IMG/VR virus record: IMGVR_UViG_3300002092_000121
Span: 1-33,819 of that record
Direction: 5' to 3' (one strand)
Source of the DNA: a virus
Taxonomy: Duplodnaviria; Caudoviricetes
Length of the DNA stretch: 33,819 nt
Below the pieces are notes generated by a model that searched no databases, was not told the DNA's origin, and saw only the letters and a list, made by a program, of their open reading frames with translations. Shown piece by piece: positions 22,932 through 32,652 of the stretch. Position numbers and translations under genes: made by a program. Within the stretch, counting starts at the first letter, position 1. The number at the start of each line of letters is the position of its first letter.

Positions 22932-24674
22932 ATGGCTTCTTGGGCCGACCTTCTGCGCGAAGGAACAGATAGTCTTACTAATCTGCCGTCAGAGGCACAG
23001 CGTTTTATTACCAATCCACAGGCATTTTTAGAACTATTTGGTAAAAACCAATTACCTAAAGAAACTGGATTTGCCGCTGGTGCTGTAGGTGTACCGCCCA
23101 AAAATATTGCTGGTGGAGGGGTGTTAAATCCGCTTAACTATCAGTATAATGAAGGGTATGAATCAGGCGAACCAATTGGTATTGCCGCATCGCTATTACC
23201 CATAGCTGGATTCAAAAAAACGCCAAAAGCGTTAAAGGAAACTAATGGAACAGGATTTTTCGACACAGGCGATATTAGAAGGGTTGGATTACATCAATCA
23301 GACCTTAACCCTGCACGGCTTACAGCCAATGACATTAGAGCAGTACAAGGAAACCTTGAGATACCCAATCTCCGAAGAAATCCTGCCGCGTCACTCAATG
23401 ACATCCTCGCAAACCCTGAAATAAACCCTGCGTTTATATCTGCCAAACAGATAAACCCTAGTTTTGATTTGCAAGCTGTACGCGATATGCCGCGCTCATC
23501 GTTGGAAAAGCAGTTTCCTATAGCCAAGACCTATGAAGAAATGGTTAAAGGCATAGAACCAACACTACAAGCCAAGATGTTCGCGCAATACTTAAGACTA
23601 CATCCTGAAGCCGTGCGTAAGTCAGGGGCTACTAACTATTCTGAACTTGTGCCTGCCAGTTACGAGCAATTGGGTAAAGAAAACGCCCAGCAATTAGACC
23701 GTATGCTTAATCAGGGCATGAATTTGTCATACCATAAGGGTGATTTGAATTACACAGGATCACCACAGATGCTAGAAGATGCTTTAATAAACAAGCATTT
23801 ATATACCTACGCTGGTGGTGAGCCGCATGAGATTCTAAATAAAATTGATCCGTACACAGGATTAAATCAAAATCAAGTATTCCGCGCAGTACATGATTAT
23901 TACGGGCATGGAACTACAGGCGCAAGCTTTGGCCCTAAAGGTGAAGAACTAGCATTTGGAGCGCATAGCCAGTTATACAGCCCATTGGCTAAAATGGCCG
24001 CAGCTACTGAAACACGGGGGCAAAACAGTTTTGTAAACTATTCAGGCATCAATGCCGACTTACAAAAACAAATGATTCCGCTAAAGCTACGCCAAGAACA
24101 ACTAGCTAGAACAGGCCAAGATACATCAGCCGTAGATAAAAAGCTTGCTGAACTGGGCGCGCAAACCCAATATGCAGAACAAAAAGCTTTCTTGCTGCCG
24201 CCTGAAATGATTGATGTTGGATACAAAGGCGGTGTACCTGATTACTTAAAGCCGTATATACAAGCCAATAATCCTACATCAGCTACTGGCTTTCACTATA
24301 GCAATCTGCCCGACTTAAGCCAAACTGATGTAACTAAATACGGTACAGGCATCAAGGGTTCAGAGGCCGACAGATTAAATCTAGCTGGAGCATTACGGAA
24401 CAGGACTTACTTCTATACAAATCCTAATACCCGCGAAGCTGGACTAGGCCCTAATCAATACACGGCAGACATGAATAAGCTTTATGACTTGAGAGCAGAC
24501 CCTGACAAACTAAAGCAAACCGCGCAAAACTATAACCAATACAACGGCATTATTGATAAAGACGCTACTACAAACGCTTATGAGCGTATGAGTAACCAAG
24601 GGGGCTATGAAGGCATACTTACCCCTGATGGCATTATCAGTTTTGAAAACCAAGTTGTAAAAAGAAGAAAATAA
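22932..24674 (+). CDS. Polyvalent-protein-like: zincin-like domain plus putative ART-fold C-terminal domain
   Basis: N..FRAVHDYYGH...F...GEE.A...H...TETRGQNS motif. C-terminal GFHYS...YG.G..G.E..R...YFY...E.GLG...LYD. Confidence 0.55.
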   Translation: MASWADLLREGTDSLTNLPSEAQRFITNPQAFLELFGKNQLPKETGFAAGAVGVPPKNIAGGGVLNPLNYQYNEGYESGEPIGIAASLLPIAGFKKTPKALKETNGTGFFDTGDIRRVGLHQSDLNPARLTANDIRAVQGNLEIPNLRRNPAASLNDILANPEINPAFISAKQINPSFDLQAVRDMPRSSLEKQFPIAKTYEEMVKGIEPTLQAKMFAQYLRLHPEAVRKSGATNYSELVPASYEQLGKENAQQLDRMLNQGMNLSYHKGDLNYTGSPQMLEDALINKHLYTYAGGEPHEILNKIDPYTGLNQNQVFRAVHDYYGHGTTGASFGPKGEELAFGAHSQLYSPLAKMAAATETRGQNSFVNYSGINADLQKQMIPLKLRQEQLARTGQDTSAVDKKLAELGAQTQYAEQKAFLLPPEMIDVGYKGGVPDYLKPYIQANNPTSATGFHYSNLPDLSQTDVTKYGTGIKGSEADRLNLAGALRNRTYFYTNPNTREAGLGPNQYTADMNKLYDLRADPDKLKQTAQNYNQYNGIIDKDATTNAYERMSNQGGYEGILTPDGIISFENQVVKRRK

Positions 24675-24696
24675 AGCTACAATTAACCTATCTTAA
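24655..24696 (+). promoter_or_regulatory. sigma70 promoter for the packaging/head genes with a near-match operator
   Basis: TTGTAA-17 bp-TACAAT, followed by TTAAC-CTAT-CTTAA (24683-24696). Confidence 0.6.
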
Positions 24697-24715
24697 TCAA
24701 CCACTTGGATAAGGT

Positions 24716-25048
24716 ATGAGCAATAAACTGTCGAAATCTGTAGAAGATAACCTTAATCGTGCTGGCAGACCCAAAGGGGTAGGCAATAAAAGCACAAGCA
24801 TGGCTAGAGAGGCCATCGCTAGGTTCGTTGATGGTAATGCCCCAAGTATGCAAAAGTGGCTAGAACAGGTCGCTGATGGCGTTAAAAACGATGAGGATAA
24901 ATACATTGTTTTGCCTAATCCTGAAAAAGCTTTTGGTATGTTGCAGAGCGTCATGGAATATCACCTACCCAAGCTGGCTAGAACAGAACATTCAGGTGAC
25001 GAAGAACAGCCAATGAAGGTAATCCACGAACATAAGTTCCTAGATTGA
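24716..25048 (+). CDS. terS: Terminase small subunit
   Basis: GRPKG..NK N-terminus and PKL.RTEHSG C-terminus. Directly upstream of terL. Confidence 0.8.
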   Translation: MSNKLSKSVEDNLNRAGRPKGVGNKSTSMAREAIARFVDGNAPSMQKWLEQVADGVKNDEDKYIVLPNPEKAFGMLQSVMEYHLPKLARTEHSGDEEQPMKVIHEHKFLD

Positions 25049-26395
25049 AAGAGATTGTTAAGCGGTACGAATATCCGTACAAAGCTAGAGAAGCTTTCCT
25101 AGACTTCCATCAACGCAGTCAAAGGTGGGCCGTATTGGTCTGCCATCGGAGGGCGGGGTAAAACGGTCGCTACGATTTGCGACACGGTGCGTAGGGCTAT
25201 CATGGAAAAGAAACCTGATGCTCGGTACGCTTACATCGCGCCCTACTATGCACAAGCCAAAAACATCGCATGGGATTACTTACTTAAGTTTGCAGAGCCA
25301 GCAATTGTTAAGGCCAATCAATCAGAATTATGGGTAGAGCTAGTCAACGGGGCAAAAATACGCTTATTTGGTGCTGATAACCCTGATGCCCTGCGCGGAT
25401 TGTATTTGGATGGCGTAGTCCTAGATGAGTATGCCGACATGAAACCTAGATTATGGGGTGAGATTGTCAGGCCATTACTTACTGATAGACAAGGCTGGGC
25501 TACCTTTATTGGTACACCCAAGGGCCATAACAGTTTCTATGACATCTACAATGAAGGTCAAAAGAACCCTAATTGGTATGTCAAGACACTACGGGCCGAC
25601 CAATCAGGTCTATTGCCTGATGCTGAATTGCTAGACGCGCAAGCCACAATGTCTGCTAACCAGTACGAGCAAGAGTTCTTATGTTCATTTGAAGCAGCTA
25701 TATTAGGAGCGTACTATGGTCAAGAAATGCGTAGAATTACTGACTTGGATAGGATTACTACTGTTGACTATGATCCTATGTTCCCCTGTCATACTGCTTG
25801 GGATTTGGGCTTCAACGATAGCACCTCAATATGGTGGTTTCAGGTCGTGTATGGTGAAATTCGTGTGCTAGACCATCATTCTTCTAATGGCCAAGCCGTG
25901 CCGTTCTACACTATGCTGCTGGCCCAAAAAGAAGAAGAATTCGGCTACAAATATGGTTACCATTACCTGCCCCATGATGCTAGAGCTAAAACTATGGCTT
26001 CAGGTGGTAAGAGCATAATCGAACAATTTGCAGCAAAAATTGACATAAAACATTTAAAAATTACACCAAACCTGTCACTTCAAGACGGAATCCAAGCATC
26101 AAGGCTTGCATTAACTCGCGCTTGGTTCGATAATAGATGTGAAGAAGGTATCGAATGTTTGCGTCAATATCAAAGGGAATGGGATGATGACAAGAAAGTA
26201 TTTAGGGATCGCCCAAAACATGATTGGACAAGCCATTCTGCCGATGCGTTCCGTTATCTCTCGATTGTATGGAAAGATGAGGATAGCCCTATCCTTAAAG
26301 ATAATAGAATTACAGGACTTCATGTCGGCCAAACGGATGTAACGCTTGACGAAATGTGGAAAATGACCCCAAAACAAACTTTTAAAAGGATTTAA
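25045..26395 (+). CDS. terL: Terminase large subunit, interrupted by a +1 frameshift at 25156-25161
   Basis: TTG start overlapping the terS stop. Walker A CHRRAG/KT is split across frames. Walker B VVLDE, GTPKG, nuclease WDLG and HDWTSHSADA.RY. Confidence 0.9.
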
Positions 26396-26397
26396 TC

Positions 26398-26700
26398 ATG
26401 TCAGGCGTAAATCAACCATTTGGTACATTCTACGAAACCGTAGCCGCATCACAAACTGCTCAAGTATTAGGCGTAACTGGCGCGGCTGGTGACACATTAA
26501 TGCGTTTAATTATTACCGTAGGCACAGCCTTAACAGGAACTGTAAGCTTATTAGACGGTGCAACATCTTATGCTTTGACTGCTGCAAGTACACCAATTGG
26601 CGTATATACCATTGAAATCAACGCTGTATCAGTAAACGGTGCTTGGAAGATTACTACTGGTGCTGGTGCAACTGTAATGGCAGTAGGTAATTTCACTTAA
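26398..26700 (+). CDS. Small beta-rich putative virion protein
   Basis: 100 aa, T/A/G-rich, between terL and portal. Confidence 0.65.
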   Translation: MSGVNQPFGTFYETVAASQTAQVLGVTGAAGDTLMRLIITVGTALTGTVSLLDGATSYALTAASTPIGVYTIEINAVSVNGAWKITTGAGATVMAVGNFT

Positions 26701-26709
26701 GGATTTACT

Positions 26710-28989
26710 ATGGATCATACATATACTGATTGGTATAACTGTATAGCGGGATACGAGCGTACATTCAAAGAATGGGAAGGCCGTACAGATAGAATTATTA
26801 AGCGTTACAGAGATGACAGCCGCACTAGGAATAACCCTAACGCCAAGTTTAATATCCTATGGAGCAATGTCCAAACCATTACTCCTGCTATCTTTGCCCG
26901 CTTGCCTAGACCTGATGTTAGCCGCAGATTTCGCGACAATGATCCTATAGGCCGTGTAGCTTCAATGATGCTTGAAAGAGCATTAGAGTATGAGATTGAA
27001 CATTACGGTGACTACAAATCAGCAATGAATCAGACGGTTCAAGACCGTTTATTAGGTGGGCGCGGCACTAGCTGGGTTCGCTATGAGCCACATATTGTCG
27101 GTTCAGAAGGTGGAGAAGCAGAAGGCGCACCCGAAGATGGTTTTCAGATTACCGAAGATATTGATGAAGCAGAAACCGAAGGCGGTATATACAGAGAAGA
27201 TCAAGAACGCATTGAGTACGAGTGCGCTCCTGTTGACTATGTTTACTGGCGCGACTTTGGCCACACAATTGCCCGTACATGGGAAGAAGTAACAGCCGTA
27301 TGGCGTAAAGTCTATTTAGGCCGCCCAGCCCTAGTAGAACGATTTGGTGAAGAACTTGGCGGGCGTATCCCATTGGATACAAAACCTGACAACACCAAGA
27401 CATATAATGAGAAGATGGGCGAAGGCGCACATGAAGCTTGTATATACGAAATATGGGATAAGACTAGCGGTGAAGTAATTTGGCTATCAAAGTCTATGGG
27501 TGAAATCCTTGATACGCGCCCCGACCCGCTTCAATTAGAAAACTTTTGGCCTTGCCCTAAACCACTTTACGCTACATTAACTAGCGATAAATTAGAGCCA
27601 ATCCCTGATTTTGTTCTATACCAAGACCAAGCCCGTCAGCTAGATACGCTGGCAGACCGTATAGATGGATTCATTCAGGCCCTTAAAGTTCGGGGAGTTT
27701 ATGACGCTTCCGAACCAAGTCTTGCCCGCTTATTCTCCGAAGGCGAAAACAATACCTTGATCCCCGTCAAGAATTGGAACGCTTTTGCAGAAAAGCAGGG
27801 TATGGCAGGCGCAATTAATCTAGTAGATATTCAGCCAATAGCTCAAGCTTTAACGATGGCTTATCAGGCTATGGATCAAGTTAAGGGCCAAATCTACGAA
27901 ATTATGGGTATCGCTGATATTCAGCGCGGACAGACTGATCCTAACGAAACCCTTGGCGCACAAATCATTAAATCGAACAATGCTGCTGGTCGCTTAAAGA
28001 CTATGCAACATTCAGTAGTTGATTTTGCTACTAGCTTGTTATCCATCAAAGCGCAGATTATTTGTAATCACTTTACCGATGACACCATCATTAAGATTTC
28101 GGGCGCGATGCAATTAAGCGACACGGATAAGCAGTACATTCAACCAGCTTTAGCCCTATTGCGTGATGAAGCGGCCAAGAACTTCCGTATTGAAGTAACT
28201 AGCGATTCCATGATTTTCCAAGACGAAATGCAAGAAAAGCAGGATCGCATGGAGTTCTTACAATCTATTGGTGGGTTCATGCAACAAGTTATCCCTGCCG
28301 CCCAAGCCGTTCCTGAAATGACACCGATGCTGATGGAAATGGTGAAGTTTGCCGTAACCGCGTTTAAAGCAGGTAAAGGACTTGAGGGAATTATTGACGA
28401 AACTGCTGATAAGTTCCGTGAGCAAGCTAAATCTAAAGAAGGACAGCCTAAACCGCCTACTCCTGAACAAGAAAAAATGCAGATGCAAATGCAGATTGAA
28501 CAGGCCAAGATGCAAGCAAATCAGGCACAAGCACAACAGACTATGCAGCTTGAGCAACAGAAAATGCAGATGCAGATGGAACTTGAGAAAGCCAAGCAGG
28601 AATATCAAGCCCAAGAAAACCAGCTTAAATTCCAATTGGAAGATCAGCGTAATCGCGCCCAAGCCGAAATGGATATGCGTATAGCTCAAATGAAGATGAA
28701 CACCGAGCGCAATACCCAAGTATTGTTAGCGCATATTAACAACGGTGCGAAGATTGAAGTTGCTAGAATTGGTGCTGATGATTCAGACGGAACAGAAGCG
28801 TATCTATCGGAGGAAGCTATGGTTCAATCTATGCAACATCCTATGCAGCCTATTGCAGACGCGATTAATCACAGTAACCAGCAAATGACCCTAGCACTTG
28901 GCGATTTGGTGAATACAATCAACGAAAACCACAATAGACCTAAACAGGTAGTAAGAGGCCAAGACGGTAAAATCATCGGAGTTCAATAA
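26710..28989 (+). CDS. Portal protein with long Q/M-rich C-terminal barrel (P22-like)
   Basis: 759 aa after terL. GIADIQRG...ETLGAQ motif and long coiled coil. Confidence 0.85.
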   Translation: MDHTYTDWYNCIAGYERTFKEWEGRTDRIIKRYRDDSRTRNNPNAKFNILWSNVQTITPAIFARLPRPDVSRRFRDNDPIGRVASMMLERALEYEIEHYGDYKSAMNQTVQDRLLGGRGTSWVRYEPHIVGSEGGEAEGAPEDGFQITEDIDEAETEGGIYREDQERIEYECAPVDYVYWRDFGHTIARTWEEVTAVWRKVYLGRPALVERFGEELGGRIPLDTKPDNTKTYNEKMGEGAHEACIYEIWDKTSGEVIWLSKSMGEILDTRPDPLQLENFWPCPKPLYATLTSDKLEPIPDFVLYQDQARQLDTLADRIDGFIQALKVRGVYDASEPSLARLFSEGENNTLIPVKNWNAFAEKQGMAGAINLVDIQPIAQALTMAYQAMDQVKGQIYEIMGIADIQRGQTDPNETLGAQIIKSNNAAGRLKTMQHSVVDFATSLLSIKAQIICNHFTDDTIIKISGAMQLSDTDKQYIQPALALLRDEAAKNFRIEVTSDSMIFQDEMQEKQDRMEFLQSIGGFMQQVIPAAQAVPEMTPMLMEMVKFAVTAFKAGKGLEGIIDETADKFREQAKSKEGQPKPPTPEQEKMQMQMQIEQAKMQANQAQAQQTMQLEQQKMQMQMELEKAKQEYQAQENQLKFQLEDQRNRAQAEMDMRIAQMKMNTERNTQVLLAHINNGAKIEVARIGADDSDGTEAYLSEEAMVQSMQHPMQPIADAINHSNQQMTLALGDLVNTINENHNRPKQVVRGQDGKIIGVQ

Positions 28990-30911
28990 TGGCTATTACA
29001 GTCAAGCATAAGTTTGTAAGTGCCATACCTGATGCTGGCGATACTACGATTGTCCAGCCATCAAACTGGAATGATGACCATGATTTAGTAGGTACTATTC
29101 CTGTAGCCAATGGCGGTACTGGCGCAGCAACCCTAACTGGTTATGTAAAAGGCAATGGTACGGCTGCTATGACGGCTGCCGCAACCATACCAAGCACGGA
29201 TGTAACAGGCTTGGGAACAATGTCCACCCAAAACGCTAATAATGTGGCCATTACTGGTGGAACAATGTCAGGCGTGGCCATTACTGGTTACATTCCTACT
29301 ACAGAAAAAGGCGTAGCTAATGGCGTTGCAACCCTAGATGGTGGTGGAACAGTGCCTATTAGTCAATTACCAGCAGCAGTTTTAGGCGCATTAAGTTATC
29401 AAGGAACATGGAATGCCAGCACTAATACACCTACTCTCGTTTCTAGCGTGGGTACTAAAGGTTATTACTATGTTGTTAGTGTTGCTGGTAGCACTAATCT
29501 CAACGGCATTACAGATTGGCAAGTGGGCGATTGGGCGGTATTTAACGGGTCGGCATGGCAGAAGATAGACAATACTGACGTAGTTACAAGCGTAAACGGC
29601 TATACAGGCACAGTCGTATTAACTAATACAGACATTAGTGGTTTTGGCACTATGTCTACGCAAAATGCTAATAGCGTAGCAATTACTGGTGGTGCTATTG
29701 ATGGAACAACCATTGGTGCTACCACTACAAGCACAGGTAAATTTACTACCTTAAATGCTTCTACAAGTCTAACAACGCCTACTGTACAAGCATCAAATTC
29801 AGGTGGTTTATCACTTAAAAACGCTAGTGGCACTACCCAAATGAGCATGGGTGCAGGCGGTGGCGATAATATGTCCATCAATGTTTCTACCAATTTAAAC
29901 GGTACAAACGCACAAATTGATATCAGCCCTACTGGTACAGGTCATGTCCATATAAATCCAACTGGTAGCGGTTCTATTGAAATGAACCCTACAAGTGCTG
30001 GAACAATTAATAACATGGTTATTGGCGGCACAACGCCTAAAGCTATTACAGGAACAACCGTAACTGCTACAACATTTAGTGGTTCAGGCGCAAGTCTTAC
30101 ATCTATACCTAATTCAGCACTTGTAAACTCTGCAATTACAATTAACGGCACAAACACAAGTCTTGGTGGCTCAATTAGCGTAGGAACTGTTACAAGCGTA
30201 GCCGCCACAGCAGGCACAGGAATTAGCGTAACTGGTAGCCCTATTACTGGTAGCGGCACTTTAAACATTACTAATACTGCTCCTGACCAAACCGTAGCTA
30301 TTGCAAGCGGTACAGGAATTAGTATTACTGGTACTTACCCTAACTTTACCGTTACTAATACAAGCCCATCTAGCGGTGGAACGGTTACTTCTGTAAGCGG
30401 TACTACTGGTCGCATAACATCAACTGGTGGAACTACCCCTGTAATTGACCTTGCATCAGGCGTAGCAACTGCTGGAACAACTGGTTCTAGCACCTTAATT
30501 CCTGTAGTCACAATAGACACCTATGGGCGTGTGACAAGCATTACAACCGCATCAAATCCACAAGGAACGGTTACTTCTGTAACGGGTACTGCCCCAGTAG
30601 TAAGTAGTGGTGGTGCAACTCCAGCTATTTCTATGGCTGCCGCTACAGGAAGTGTAAACGGTTACCTTACAAGCACCGATTGGACTACATTTAATAATAA
30701 AGGTTCAGGTTCAGTTACTTCTGTTAGCGGTACAGGTACAGTTAACGGTCTTACCCTTACAGGAACTGTTACAACTACAGGAAGTCTGACATTAGGTGGT
30801 ACTTTAGACCTTTCTAGCCCACCTGCAATCGGTGGAACTGCCGCAGCAGCTATTACTGGAACAACCATTACTGCTACTAAATTTGTAGGGGTATCAGGCG
30901 GCACATTCTAA
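28989..30911 (+). CDS. Long T/G/S-rich fibre protein in the head module
   Basis: PVANGGTG, GTMSTQNAN.VAITGG x2, YQGTWNASTNTP domain and GTVTSV repeats. Ends in GGTF. Confidence 0.75.
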   Translation: MAITVKHKFVSAIPDAGDTTIVQPSNWNDDHDLVGTIPVANGGTGAATLTGYVKGNGTAAMTAAATIPSTDVTGLGTMSTQNANNVAITGGTMSGVAITGYIPTTEKGVANGVATLDGGGTVPISQLPAAVLGALSYQGTWNASTNTPTLVSSVGTKGYYYVVSVAGSTNLNGITDWQVGDWAVFNGSAWQKIDNTDVVTSVNGYTGTVVLTNTDISGFGTMSTQNANSVAITGGAIDGTTIGATTTSTGKFTTLNASTSLTTPTVQASNSGGLSLKNASGTTQMSMGAGGGDNMSINVSTNLNGTNAQIDISPTGTGHVHINPTGSGSIEMNPTSAGTINNMVIGGTTPKAITGTTVTATTFSGSGASLTSIPNSALVNSAITINGTNTSLGGSISVGTVTSVAATAGTGISVTGSPITGSGTLNITNTAPDQTVAIASGTGISITGTYPNFTVTNTSPSSGGTVTSVSGTTGRITSTGGTTPVIDLASGVATAGTTGSSTLIPVVTIDTYGRVTSITTASNPQGTVTSVTGTAPVVSSGGATPAISMAAATGSVNGYLTSTDWTTFNNKGSGSVTSVSGTGTVNGLTLTGTVTTTGSLTLGGTLDLSSPPAIGGTAAAAITGTTITATKFVGVSGGTF

Positions 30912-31381
30912 TGTTTGCATCAGCTTTTCAGGCTAATGCGTTTCAGAATAATGCCTTTCAGGTATATGTCCCGCCTATTCCTACAAGTCAAACTGGCGGG
31001 GATGGCTGGACTAAAGAAGAATGGTTACGCGCCCAGCGATTAAACAGAAAGATTGCGGAGCGTCAACGCAAATTAATCCAAGCAACCAAAGACGATAACG
31101 CCAGCCGTAAGCAGGGTATTCGTGATTTAGTATTACCTGTTGCTAAAGTTAAGAAATCTAAAGTACAATTAAAACAAGAGGTTAAAGCTGATATACCGTT
31201 AGCTGAAACAGAAGATTTACAACGGTCTATAAGCTACCTTGAAAGACAACGAGATAACATCCTCGCGGCAGTAGCTTACAGAAACCAACAAACGCTAATA
31301 CAACAGCAATTGTTATATATGGAAGCCAAACGCCTAGAGGAACTAGACGATGAGGAATCCGTATTAATACTGCTACATTAA
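30911..31381 (+). CDS. Hypothetical head-module protein
   Basis: AFQ x3 N-terminus, GGDG linker, and acidic C-terminus DDEESVLILLH. Confidence 0.7.
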   Translation: MFASAFQANAFQNNAFQVYVPPIPTSQTGGDGWTKEEWLRAQRLNRKIAERQRKLIQATKDDNASRKQGIRDLVLPVAKVKKSKVQLKQEVKADIPLAETEDLQRSISYLERQRDNILAAVAYRNQQTLIQQQLLYMEAKRLEELDDEESVLILLH

Positions 31382-32271
31382 GTGCTGACGCACAATACAG
31401 ACTAGGTTACGACCACCTTCATGCTGGCAGATACGACCAAGGTTTTCGCCTTTTTGAGTATCGCTGGCATCCCGACATCATTGGCCAACAAACAAACGGC
31501 TATGGCCCAGCCCTTAAAATGCCCGTATGGAGAGGTGAATCCCTAATAGGAAAAACCATTACTGTCCAAATGGAGCAGGGATTTGGTGACATTATTATGT
31601 TTGCTCGATTCTTGCCTGCATTAAAGGCATTGGGCGCGTCAAAGGTAGTAGTTTTGCAAGAAAGTACGCTGCATTACCTTTTGGGCCAGCTAGATTGTGT
31701 AGATACCTTTACCAACGACATCGAAAACGGTGCTGCGGTCGAATCTGATTACTGGATTGGCTCTATGTCCCTTCCTTATTACATCAGTTTGTCGCATCCA
31801 ATGGTAAAAGCGATGTTTCCAGTAACCCGTAAAAAGATTATTGGCTCGGAAGGGTACTTTCATGCACAACCTAGCAATATTCCCGCCAAAATTGGGGTGA
31901 ATTGGGAAGCTTCCAAGCAAATTATGTACTACCTAAAGTCAATTGATGTTAAAGAAATGGAAAAATTGACGGGTTCGGACTGTTATAGCCTCAATCCCAA
32001 GCACGAAGGGATGTTTAACCCCCTTCCCGATGACGGATGGAAAACAAATTGGGTAAAAACGGCTTCACACATGAAGGCCTGTAAGGGCATTGTGACTGTT
32101 GACACAGGTACGGCTCACCTAGCAGGCGCATTGGGCGTAAAGACTATCGTGTTGCTTCCTAAAGACGAATTTATCTGCTGGCGGTGGAAGAATGGCCGTT
32201 GGTATGACAGCGTTATTTGTTTAACCCCTAATGAGTACGACAAAGTACCCGATTTAATAAGGAGAATGTAA
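31363..32271 (+). CDS. Glycosyltransferase (GT-B, GT9/TPR-associated type); start uncertain
   Basis: W.GE.L.GKTI.V..EQGFGD.IMFARF, VTVDTGTAHLAGALG, WRW...WY. The conserved-looking G.Y..GF..FEYRW lies upstream of the first ATG. Confidence 0.8.
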   Translation: MNTATLSADAQYRLGYDHLHAGRYDQGFRLFEYRWHPDIIGQQTNGYGPALKMPVWRGESLIGKTITVQMEQGFGDIIMFARFLPALKALGASKVVVLQESTLHYLLGQLDCVDTFTNDIENGAAVESDYWIGSMSLPYYISLSHPMVKAMFPVTRKKIIGSEGYFHAQPSNIPAKIGVNWEASKQIMYYLKSIDVKEMEKLTGSDCYSLNPKHEGMFNPLPDDGWKTNWVKTASHMKACKGIVTVDTGTAHLAGALGVKTIVLLPKDEFICWRWKNGRWYDSVICLTPNEYDKVPDLIRRM

Positions 32272-32642
32272 TGATCTGCCCTAAATGCGGATATTCCGAA
32301 GGTAATCATGTAGAAGCAAAGCAATCTGACGAAGAATTCTTCCTAGAATGGTGGACACCGACTATCGGTGAGGAAGCCGCCAAAGCTTCTTGGCAAGATA
32401 AATTGGCTATGAAAACTAGGGTAGCCCCTACGGTTATGTCTGATATTGAAGGCCATATATCTATGGCAGATGGCACTTGGGTATCTTCCCGTTCTAAACA
32501 TCGCGAGAACCTAAAGCGCAACAATTGTATTGAATTAGGCAACGATGTCCCTACCCAACAAAAAGTGCATGAAATTTCAAGAAAAGACCAAGAACATCGC
32601 AAGCGTCAAATCGCTGAACTTGCTTACGCCAAATTAAAATAA
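32271..32642 (+). CDS. Phage protein with N-terminal CPKCG knuckle
   Basis: DI...S..DG..VSSRSKHRE.LK..NCIELGND motif, typical of the gene before a scaffold. Confidence 0.7.
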   Translation: MICPKCGYSEGNHVEAKQSDEEFFLEWWTPTIGEEAAKASWQDKLAMKTRVAPTVMSDIEGHISMADGTWVSSRSKHRENLKRNNCIELGNDVPTQQKVHEISRKDQEHRKRQIAELAYAKLK

Positions 32643-32652
32643 GGAGCATTAC

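Noticed and set aside
25159-25161. Stop-codon reassignment or readthrough in terL
   Set aside because: In-frame readthrough gives unrelated sequence and another stop. The protein continues in the +1 frame, and TAA terminates most other genes.
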